Positions 56,706 to 64,000 of a DNA stretch of 64,000 bases are shown piece by piece. The stretch's first letter is position 1; each line of letters begins with the position of its first letter. A model generated the notes under the pieces. That model worked only from the letters and a program-made list of their open reading frames with translations. It was not told the DNA's origin and made no database searches. Source of the DNA: Candidatus Woesearchaeota archaeon. Lineage in GTDB: Archaea > Nanobdellota > Nanobdellia > Woesearchaeales > ARS49. Both the position numbers and the translations under genes were made by a program. The stretch lies in assembly GCA_038891615.1 (NCBI GenBank), contig JAWADY010000003.1, positions 1 to 64,000 of the forward strand. The letters are read 5' to 3'.

Positions 56706-58528
56706 GGCCGCTTGTGCTCCTGCTTTTCTTTTTATTGCAATTTATCATACTCACAAATCCAGCTCATGCGCTTTTGAAACAAGCCAGCATACCTGTTCTT
56801 GCACTGACTGAAAAAGATGGAAAGACCGTTGGTACGGTGGCAGAGCTACATCTTGAAGTGCGTGATGGCAGTGAGCGGGTTTTTCTCGAGACAATACCTT
56901 TAACAAAAATTTCAACCCAGATATCTATGCGCTTTGCACAGCAAGTGGTTTGCAGGGAGCTGGATTTGGACTGTTCTCGTTACGATTTTATTTTTACTCT
57001 TAAAGGCCCCTCAGGAATTGTTGGAGGACCAAGCGCAGGAGCTGCTGGGGCGGTGCTTATTGCCGCGACGCTGAAGGACATGAAACTTGATAACCGCACT
57101 GCAATAACAGGTACAATAAATTCTGGTGGAATAATAGGCCCAGTCGGGGGGCTGAGTGAGAAGATATTTGCAGCCTCAAAAGCAGGACTTAGCCGCGTGC
57201 TTATTCCAAAGGGCGAGGGCTTGTCAAAGGATGAAAATGAAACAAAAGACCTTTTTGAACTTGGCCGGAAGTTGAATGTTTCTGTCATTGAAGTCGCAAC
57301 ACTAGCAGAAGCACTATCTTATTTTACAGGGCTTAAGCCAGAGAGACCAGCAGAGCAGCTTGTCATTCATCCAGCTTATCTGGAGCTTATGTCTCAAATA
57401 GCCTTTGAAACCTGCGAAAGAGCAGAAGAGCTTTCCGACATTGCAAAGAGGCTTGCAACTTCAAACAAAACTGCTTTGTTAGACTCTTCAATCAATTTTA
57501 CAACGCAGGCAAAAGAGCTCTTGAAAGAAAAAGCTTACTACAGCGCCGCTTCCTACTGCTTCAGGGCAAACACAAATTACAAAACAATAATTCTAGGGGA
57601 GCTTGGACTGGCTCAGTTTTTCCAAAGAATGCGCGAAGCCCGTTCTGAAATTGAAAAGCTTGGGGGCGAGCTTAAAGAAAGGAATGTAACAACACTTGTT
57701 GGTCTTCAGGCTTTCTTCCTTGCCAAGGAAAGGCTTGTGGAAGCGTTTGAGAGTCTTGACGAGATTGAAAAAAGACTATCAAATGGTACTCCAGAACCTT
57801 CTGAGCTTGCATCACTGCTGGCATATATCGAAGAGCGGATATATTCTGCCATCACTTGGTCAAGGTTTTTTCAGCTTGAGGATAGAAAAGTGATTGAAGT
57901 TGAGCCACAAAGCATTGCCAAATCTTGCCAATCAAAGATGGCTGAAGCCGAAGAGCGTGAAGCGTATGCCAGTTCTCTTTTTGTTCTTCCACTCTCTACT
58001 GTGCACAAGGATATCGAAAAGGCAGCAAATTATGCTGCCAACGGAGAGTATGAGCTTTGCATCTTCGCTGCCAGCAAGGCAAAGGCAGGTGCGGACATGC
58101 TCATCAGCACATCAGGTATCTCGCTTGAGCGTGCACAAGAGTTCATCGAGCAAAAACTTGAGATGGTTAGAGGAATGCTTGTAAAGGCTCAAAGGCGTGG
58201 CTTTATTCCAATAATCAGTTATAGCTATTATGATTATGCTCAAACTCTCAAGAGCGTTGATATTGGAACCGCGCTTCTTTTCGCAGAGCTTGCGCAGGAA
58301 CTATCAGTTCTTGACAGCTATTTTGAGAAAAGGGCAGCAGTACCAGAACCAATACAATACCCGCCTATTTTGCCACCGTCGTCCATGCCGAAGCTTGAAG
58401 AACGTGCTAAAGGATTCTTTCTTGGGTTTGCACTTGGATTAGTTCTTGCAGGCTTTGTATGGCTTTTGAACAAGCACTTGGCTGCAAAAGGCTTCAGGAA
58501 AAAGAAGAAACGAACTTTACATCATTAA
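56702..58528 (+). CDS. secreted/membrane-anchored Lon-like S16 serine protease (no ATPase domain)
   Basis: Signal peptide, GPSAG, TGTIN..G.IGPVGG...K dyad, C-terminal TM. Confidence 0.88.
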   Translation: MRPLVLLLFFLLQFIILTNPAHALLKQASIPVLALTEKDGKTVGTVAELHLEVRDGSERVFLETIPLTKISTQISMRFAQQVVCRELDLDCSRYDFIFTLKGPSGIVGGPSAGAAGAVLIAATLKDMKLDNRTAITGTINSGGIIGPVGGLSEKIFAASKAGLSRVLIPKGEGLSKDENETKDLFELGRKLNVSVIEVATLAEALSYFTGLKPERPAEQLVIHPAYLELMSQIAFETCERAEELSDIAKRLATSNKTALLDSSINFTTQAKELLKEKAYYSAASYCFRANTNYKTIILGELGLAQFFQRMREARSEIEKLGGELKERNVTTLVGLQAFFLAKERLVEAFESLDEIEKRLSNGTPEPSELASLLAYIEERIYSAITWSRFFQLEDRKVIEVEPQSIAKSCQSKMAEAEEREAYASSLFVLPLSTVHKDIEKAANYAANGEYELCIFAASKAKAGADMLISTSGISLERAQEFIEQKLEMVRGMLVKAQRRGFIPIISYSYYDYAQTLKSVDIGTALLFAELAQELSVLDSYFEKRAAVPEPIQYPPILPPSSMPKLEERAKGFFLGFALGLVLAGFVWLLNKHLAAKGFRKKKKRTLHH

Positions 58529-58600
58529 AAACCCGAGCAGACCCGGTTTGGGCCGAGCCTGCGCGGGAAAAAGAGGTGATCTTAAAATTTCAATTGTTAC
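58528..58600 (-). ncRNA. candidate ~70-nt small RNA with an anti-SD motif and a 3' hairpin
   Basis: BRE/TATA CCGAAAGATTTATATA upstream with no ORF downstream; GATCACCTC; 15-position GC-rich hairpin plus TTTT. Confidence 0.45.
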
Positions 58601-58636
58601 TACTAGTATATAACAATTAATATATAAATCTTTCGG
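58592..58636 (-). promoter_or_regulatory. promoter overlapped by the inverted repeat AATTGTTA-N11-TAACAATT
   Basis: IR arms 58592-58599 and 58611-58618 with central TACTAGTA; TATA 58621-58628; BRE 58631-58636. Confidence 0.55.
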
Positions 58637-58729
58637 TTATATTTCTACTATTCAGTAGTTATATTTTCTTGAAAAGCTTTCAAAATACCTGTACAAAGGC
58701 TTATTAATCCTTTCATCCGCTTTTTTTAA

Positions 58730-59164
58730 ATGGAAAAATGGTTTGTTTTTTTGCTACTTTTATTTTTGGTGAGCTGCGCTCCTGCAAAGCAACCTGCTAT
58801 AGTGACAAAGGTAATAGACGGCGATACTGTGACAATTCAAGGGGGTCAAAATGTCAGGCTTCTTGGCATTAATGCTCCTGAAAAAGGAGAGAGGGGATAT
58901 TCCGAGGCTCGAGACTTCTTAATCATGCATCTTTTAATGAAAGAAGTTGTCCTTGAACGGGACAAAGATAATAGGGACAAATATGGCAGGTTGTTGCGAT
59001 ATGTTTGGTATAACGGCTTGCTTGTAAACAAAGAAATTGTCAGGCAAGGGCTTGCTGTTGCTCAGATTTATCCGCCAAACACAAAATATGCCAGCGCGAT
59101 TGTAGCAGCAGAAGAAGAAGCAATGTTGCAAAAAAGAGGACTTTGGAAAGCAGAATCAGACTGA
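58730..59164 (+). CDS. thermonuclease (SNase) family lipoprotein
   Basis: LVSC lipobox, VIDGDT, VRLLGINAPE, DKYGRLLRYV, RGLW. Confidence 0.94.
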   Translation: MEKWFVFLLLLFLVSCAPAKQPAIVTKVIDGDTVTIQGGQNVRLLGINAPEKGERGYSEARDFLIMHLLMKEVVLERDKDNRDKYGRLLRYVWYNGLLVNKEIVRQGLAVAQIYPPNTKYASAIVAAEEEAMLQKRGLWKAESD

Positions 59165-59179
59165 TTTGCCTCAAACAGT

Positions 59180-59443
59180 TTATTGCTGGTTCTGAGCTTC
59201 ACAAGGACCTTTTGACCAGCCAACCCCTGCACATTCTGCAAAACAACTGTTGCTATATGTTTTTCCATCAGAACCGCAAACAGGGTCGTAGAGCGCAATG
59301 CAAATGCAGCCATCTCCAACCCCTGCTCTTTGGCCGCCAGCTATTTTTCCTTTGCCTTCTCCAAAAGGCTGTTGACCACAGCCTGCAATAAACGCTCCCA
59401 AAAGAGTGAGACCAATCAAAACAAAAAGCATCCTTTGACTCAT
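59180..59443 (-). CDS. Kazal-type serine protease inhibitor lipoprotein
   Basis: IAGC lipobox; C.C...YDPVCGSDGKTYSN.C...C.........C. Confidence 0.9.
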   Translation of the reverse strand: MSQRMLFVLIGLTLLGAFIAGCGQQPFGEGKGKIAGGQRAGVGDGCICIALYDPVCGSDGKTYSNSCFAECAGVGWSKGPCEAQNQQ

Positions 59444-59886
59444 TTTATCAGATTGTGCCTCTTTAGAATTTCTTTAAACTTAGCAAAATCTTCTGACTCT
59501 TTGAATCCCTTAAGTTCCTCAGGAGGTAGTTTTTTGACAACACTAAAGCATATCCTTGCCAGCTCTTTAATGTCCTGGTTTGGCGGCTCGCTGATGATTT
59601 CTGGCTCTTTTCTCTTTAAGCCAAGCCTTTCTAAAAGCTTTTCAAAAAACCCCTTCTTTTCTGACTCATATTCTTTTGCAAGACTTTCTGCAGCTTCTGC
59701 AGTTGCTGCTGCCTTTGAGGCCTGGGTAAGTCTTTCTTCCTTTGCTACAGTTTCTACTGGCATTTTGGATGTGATGCGAGAAGGGGCTGGTGCAAAAAGC
59801 TCTTTAAAATTAAACCCTCTTCTTTTCCTCGCAGCAAGATAAGCCTCGAGTTCTTCTTCGAGTTCAGCCCTCCTGTCCTTTGCCAT
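59440..59886 (-). CDS. hypothetical protein
   Basis: Charged ORF with C-terminal LPPE.L..FK.SEDF..FKEIL; coupled to the Kazal gene. Confidence 0.65.
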   Translation of the reverse strand: MAKDRRAELEEELEAYLAARKRRGFNFKELFAPAPSRITSKMPVETVAKEERLTQASKAAATAEAAESLAKEYESEKKGFFEKLLERLGLKRKEPEIISEPPNQDIKELARICFSVVKKLPPEELKGFKESEDFAKFKEILKRHNLIK

Positions 59887-59987
59887 TTCAAAAGCCACGA
59901 AAAAAGGATTTAAAAACATTGCTATGGCTAGACCACTTTGAGTGCTTTCTGACGAAGGTTTATATACCCTGTTCTATAAGAAGCTGT

Positions 59988-60425
59988 ATGCCAAAAGAGG
60001 TAAGTGCAGGCGCGGTTGTCTTTAAACTTGAAAGGGGAAGGCCGCTTTATTTGCTTCTACATTACAAATACAAGACAGAGTACTGGGATTTTTCAAAAGG
60101 AAATGTTGAAGCTGGTGAAGCGCCCGAGCAGACAGCCTTGCGGGAGGTTAAAGAAGAAACAGGCCTTTCTATAGAACTAATTGAGGGCTTTAAGGAAAAG
60201 ATATCTTGGTTTTACAGACGGAAAGGGGAGAAAATTTTCAAGGAAGTGACTTATTTTCTTGGCAAAGCAAAAGACCTGAAAGTAAAAATTTCTGAAGAGG
60301 CGATAGGTTATGTCTGGCTTCCGTTCGAGGAGGCTGTTGAAAGGTTAACCTTTAAAAATTCAAAGGAGATTTTGTACAAGGCTAACGCTTGGTTGGAAAA
60401 TGCCCTTACAAAAAAGCTGATTTGA
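59988..60425 (+). CDS. NUDIX hydrolase (Ap4A hydrolase-like)
   Basis: SAGAVVF, WDFSKG.VE.GE....TALREVKEETG. Confidence 0.92.
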   Translation: MPKEVSAGAVVFKLERGRPLYLLLHYKYKTEYWDFSKGNVEAGEAPEQTALREVKEETGLSIELIEGFKEKISWFYRRKGEKIFKEVTYFLGKAKDLKVKISEEAIGYVWLPFEEAVERLTFKNSKEILYKANAWLENALTKKLI

Positions 60426-60435
60426 AAGGTGCTTT

Positions 60436-62157
60436 ATGGAGAATCGTGAGATTGCTGAAATTCTTTTTGAACTTGCAGACTTGATGGAGCTGGTTGGAAT
60501 AAAATGGAAACCAATCGCTTTTAGAAAGGCAGGTCGCGCTCTGGAAACAATGACAACGCCTGTTGCTGATATCTACCAAAAGGGCGGGATAAAGGCGCTT
60601 GAGGAGTTGCCTGGTGTGGGAGCAGGAATTGCTGCACGCATTGAAGAGCTGCTAAAGACAGGCAAGCTGCGCGAGTATGAGAGACTAAAGAAAAAAATTC
60701 CACATGGCGTTGAAGAAATTACACATATAATGGGAGTTGGTCCAAAAAAGGCGGCAAGGCTTTACAAAGAACTTGGAATTGCTTCAATCGAACAGCTTGA
60801 GACCGCTGCAAAGACAGGAAAGATAAGAGAGTTGGCAGGATTTGGTGAGCGCTCTGAACAGGACATACTGAGAGGAATTGAGATGCTAAAGCGTGGCAAG
60901 GAAAGGCATCTACTTGGAACAGTGCTTCCAATTGCAAGGGCTCTTGAATCTAGGCTCAAGGAACTGCCATACGTTAAGGTAGCACAGGCTGCTGGTTCTG
61001 TACGAAGGCGCAAGGAGACTGTTGCGGACATTGACATACTTGTCATTTCAAAAAAGGCAGGGGCAGTTATGGACTTTTTCACAAGCATGCCAGATGTTGA
61101 ACAGGTTCTTGCAAAAGGGCCTACAAAATCTACTGTCATCCTTAAAAATGGCATACAAGCAGATGTTAGGGTGCTCGAAGAGTCCTCTTTTGGGGCAGCT
61201 TTACAGTACTTTACCGGGAGCGTTGAGCACAACGTCAGGTTGCGGCAGATTGCGATAAAAAAGGGTTACAAACTAAATGAATATGGCCTGTTTAAACGTT
61301 CTGGGGAATATGTTGCTGGAAGAACAGAAGCAGAGGTTTACAAAGCATTAGGACTTCCATACATCGAGCCAGAGCTTCGTGAGAATACAGGTGAGATAGA
61401 AGCAGCTGCCAAGCACAAACTCCCAAAGCTAATTGGTTATGGCGATATTCGCGGAGATCTTCATGTTCATACAAACTGGAGTGATGGTATGCAAAGCATT
61501 GAAGAGATGGTTAATGCTGCTCGCGCCCTTGGCTATGATTATGTTATAATCTCAGACCATTCAAAAAGTCAGAGAATTGCGCATGGCATGGAAGAAAAAA
61601 GATTGCTCAAACAGCTTTCTGAGATAGATAAAATAGCAAGAAAAATGCCTGACAACTTTAGGATATTCAAAGGGTTGGAATGTGACATACTTCCAGATGG
61701 AAGTCTTGATTTTGGAAATAACATTCTAAAGCAGCTTGACATAGTCATTGGTTCTGTACATTCGAGGTTCAAAAGTCCTGCCAAGGAGATGACCAGACGG
61801 ATAGTCAAGGCTTTAGAAAATCCTTATCTTACTATTCTTGGGCATCCAACAGGTCGCCTGATAAATGTCAGAGAGCCCTATGCCGTTGAATTTGAGAAAA
61901 TATGTCAGGCTGCTGTTGAGAATGGAAAATGGCTTGAGATAAACTCTTATCCTGAGAGGCTTGATTTAAAGGACAGCCATATAAGGATTGCAAAATCCTT
62001 TGGTGCAAAGTTTGTCATTTCCACTGATTCCCACCACTCCGAACACCTAAAATACATAGAATATGGCATTGCGCAGGCAAGACGAGGCTGGCTTGAAAAA
62101 GGAGATGTGCTTAATGCTCTGCCCCTCTCAAAAGTGGAAAAGCTTATTAAACGATAA
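60436..62157 (+). CDS. polX: DNA polymerase X with a PHP exonuclease domain
   Basis: AGSVRR.KE...DIDIL, YFTGS..HN, LNEYGL, DLHVHT.WSDG, STDSH. Confidence 0.95.
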   Translation: MENREIAEILFELADLMELVGIKWKPIAFRKAGRALETMTTPVADIYQKGGIKALEELPGVGAGIAARIEELLKTGKLREYERLKKKIPHGVEEITHIMGVGPKKAARLYKELGIASIEQLETAAKTGKIRELAGFGERSEQDILRGIEMLKRGKERHLLGTVLPIARALESRLKELPYVKVAQAAGSVRRRKETVADIDILVISKKAGAVMDFFTSMPDVEQVLAKGPTKSTVILKNGIQADVRVLEESSFGAALQYFTGSVEHNVRLRQIAIKKGYKLNEYGLFKRSGEYVAGRTEAEVYKALGLPYIEPELRENTGEIEAAAKHKLPKLIGYGDIRGDLHVHTNWSDGMQSIEEMVNAARALGYDYVIISDHSKSQRIAHGMEEKRLLKQLSEIDKIARKMPDNFRIFKGLECDILPDGSLDFGNNILKQLDIVIGSVHSRFKSPAKEMTRRIVKALENPYLTILGHPTGRLINVREPYAVEFEKICQAAVENGKWLEINSYPERLDLKDSHIRIAKSFGAKFVISTDSHHSEHLKYIEYGIAQARRGWLEKGDVLNALPLSKVEKLIKR

Positions 62158-62184
62158 ATCGCAAAGATTTGCTGGAGCGCCAAA

Positions 62185-62460
62185 ATGCCATTAAAAGAAG
62201 AGCTAAGGGAGGTTGTGCCACGAGACATTCTAATAACGCCTGAGTATAACGTCTTTCAAAAAGAAATTGAACAAAAGAAGCTGAAAAGCTTTGAAGAGGT
62301 GAAGGCTTATGTTGAGCAAGAGCTCACCAAAACAGCAGAGCGCATCAAGGTTTTGCAAAAAGGCCAGCGGGAAGGCACAATGACAAGAGCGCTTAGGCGG
62401 CTTACCTCAAGGCTTGATTTTCTAAATCTTGTAAAGAAAAAGATACTCATCTATCTTTAA
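62185..62460 (+). CDS. hypothetical protein
   Basis: 91-aa helical ORF. Confidence 0.55.
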   Translation: MPLKEELREVVPRDILITPEYNVFQKEIEQKKLKSFEEVKAYVEQELTKTAERIKVLQKGQREGTMTRALRRLTSRLDFLNLVKKKILIYL

Positions 62461-62581
62461 GCTGCTAATTATTCTTTTCAGTGGCTGCTTTTTTAGCAAA
62501 GTTAAAAGTTACGTTGACCAAAAATATATTAACCATATGTGTTAACAAGCTTTAAATAGAGAGTTCCTTGCTCAAAGGAAA

Positions 62582-62654
62582 GGGGACGTCGTCTAACCTG
62601 GTAGGGCATCCGGCTCCAGACCGGAAGATTGGGGTTCAAATCCTCACGTCCCCA
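62582..62654 (+). tRNA. tRNA-Trp(CCA), intronless
   Basis: GGGGACG/CGTCCCC, TCCGG-CTCCAGA-CCGGA, GGTTCAAATCC. Confidence 0.93.
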
Positions 62655-62666
62655 TAAGTGCTCAAA

Positions 62667-63797
62667 ATGCAAAGACTCCAGCTTTATAAGGGGATTGCGA
62701 TTTTTGTTGGTACTGTTATTGGGGCTGGAGTTCTGGGCATTCCTTGGGCAGTGGGAAAGTCTGGCTTTCTTGCAGGGCTTTTGCACATTCTCGCGCTTGG
62801 TCTTGCCATGATGTTTGTCAATCTTTGTGTTGGAGAGCTGACACTTCGCACACAAGGCGATCACCAACTAGCAGGTTATGCAGGGCTCTATCTTGGAAAA
62901 TGGGGCAAGCGACTTATGATGCTTTCCCTCATGATTGGCATTTATGGAGCATTAATTGCTTACACAGTTGGAATAGGTCAGAGCGCAGCACAGATATTTG
63001 GTCTTGAGCCATGGCTTTGGAGTGCACTTTTTTACATTCTTGGAATAATTCTTGTGAGCCTTGACATCAAAAGGATTGGGCTACCAGAAATGTTCCTCTC
63101 TCTTACAAAATTAGGACTTCTTATAACAATTTTCATAGTAATTTCAGCAAGCGGATTAATTCAATCTGAGAACTTGACCAAATTTGTCACACCAGAGTTT
63201 TTGGCTCCTTATGGTGTTGTGCTTTTTGCGTATCTTGGGATGTCTGCTGTGCCTGAGGTAAGAGAGGTCATGCTTGGCAGTTGGCAGCTGATGAAAAATG
63301 CAATAATCATTGGTTCCCTCATTCCAATCATTCTTTATGCACTGTTTACCTTTGCGGTTGTTGGCTCATTAGGTTCAAATATTTCAGAAGTTGCCACAAT
63401 AAGCATTGGCAGCATTCTTGGAAGAGCAGGAATAATGCTAATAAATGCTTTTGCGATCTTTGCTATGTTCTCTGCATTTGTCCCTGTTAGCATTGCGCTT
63501 AGGCATGCCTATTCTCATGACTTTGGGCTGAGAAAACCTCTTGCACTTCTTTTGGTATTTAGTGCACCTGTCCTTCTCATTCTTGCTGGTGTGCACTCTT
63601 TTGCCAGAACACTAGAAGTGGCTGGAGCACTTGCTGGAGGAATTGGTGGAACACTAATAATTCTCATGTGGTTGAAGGCAAAGACTGTTGGTGAAAGAAA
63701 GCCAGAATACTCACTTGAATTACCAATTTTTTTTGCCTATCTGCTTATTGCAATGTTTATTCTTGGTGCAGGGTACGTCATTTACAGCATTGTCTAA
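62667..63797 (+). CDS. aromatic amino acid permease (TyrP/Mtr-like, HAAAP family)
   Basis: GTVIGAGVLGIP, YGALIAY, PYGVVLFAY.G...VP, ~11 TM, R.PEY. Confidence 0.88.
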   Translation: MQRLQLYKGIAIFVGTVIGAGVLGIPWAVGKSGFLAGLLHILALGLAMMFVNLCVGELTLRTQGDHQLAGYAGLYLGKWGKRLMMLSLMIGIYGALIAYTVGIGQSAAQIFGLEPWLWSALFYILGIILVSLDIKRIGLPEMFLSLTKLGLLITIFIVISASGLIQSENLTKFVTPEFLAPYGVVLFAYLGMSAVPEVREVMLGSWQLMKNAIIIGSLIPIILYALFTFAVVGSLGSNISEVATISIGSILGRAGIMLINAFAIFAMFSAFVPVSIALRHAYSHDFGLRKPLALLLVFSAPVLLILAGVHSFARTLEVAGALAGGIGGTLIILMWLKAKTVGERKPEYSLELPIFFAYLLIAMFILGAGYVIYSIV

Positions 63798-63801
63798 TTG
63801 C

Positions 63802-63999
63802 CTAGCGCTTTTTAATTCTGAGCCTTATTCTTTGCTCGGCTTGGAAAAGTCTTCGTAGAATGAGGACTATCACGACAAGGAGAAATGCCACAACTCCACC
63901 TGCAATGTATTCAAACCACCCTTTGAAGAAAAGTTCTACAGGCCTTGGCACAAGTTCTGGCTTTGGAAGGACAGTCAGCCTAACGGCATTGCTCCTTAT
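63802..63999 (-). CDS. C-terminal part of a membrane-anchored protein, runs off the window end
   Basis: Manual translation ...LTVLPKP...WFEYIAGGVVAFLLVVIVLILRRLF...KKR*. Confidence 0.55.
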   Translation of the reverse strand: MRSNAVRLTVLPKPELVPRPVELFFKGWFEYIAGGVVAFLLVVIVLILRRLFQAEQRIRLRIKKR

Positions 64000-64000
64000 T

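Noticed and set aside
32275-57288. Numerous antisense ORFs over ribosomal, topoisomerase and kinase genes
   Set aside because: They mirror well-supported genes on the opposite strand and show no motifs.
58573-58581. GATCACCTC as the 3' end of a 16S rRNA gene
   Set aside because: No helix 44/45 sequence or rRNA body precedes it; only the 9-nt motif is present.
58590-58700. CRISPR leader or array
   Set aside because: AT-rich but no repeat-spacer units and no cas genes anywhere in the window.

Overview
Archaeal core-genome segment, most consistent with a DPANN lineage (Woesearchaeota-like). The main clues are a fused PriS-PriL primase, archaeal ribosomal proteins (S4e, L32e, L19e), PCNA, NAC, Sec61beta and TATA-box promoters. 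It holds the large L3-SecY ribosomal operon, DnaG, the RIO1-KH-Top6B-Top6A cluster, GyrA, TopA, Hef, PolX, RNase J, IMPDH, SOD and a NifS/NifU Fe-S operon. RNA genes are six tRNAs (three with 37/38 introns) and an RNase P RNA with an atypical helix set. Two small decayed AT-rich islands are present: an IS5 relic with a truncated graspetide-type ATP-grasp ligase, and an IS6-like relic with an FkbM methyltransferase. The most unusual signals are non-coding: a candidate ~70-nt sRNA carrying an anti-Shine-Dalgarno sequence behind a palindrome-overlapped promoter (58530-58640), long structured leaders before dnaG and rpl3, and a tRNA-Trp directly heading an aromatic amino acid permease. All calls come from reading motifs by eye; no searches or folding programs were run.
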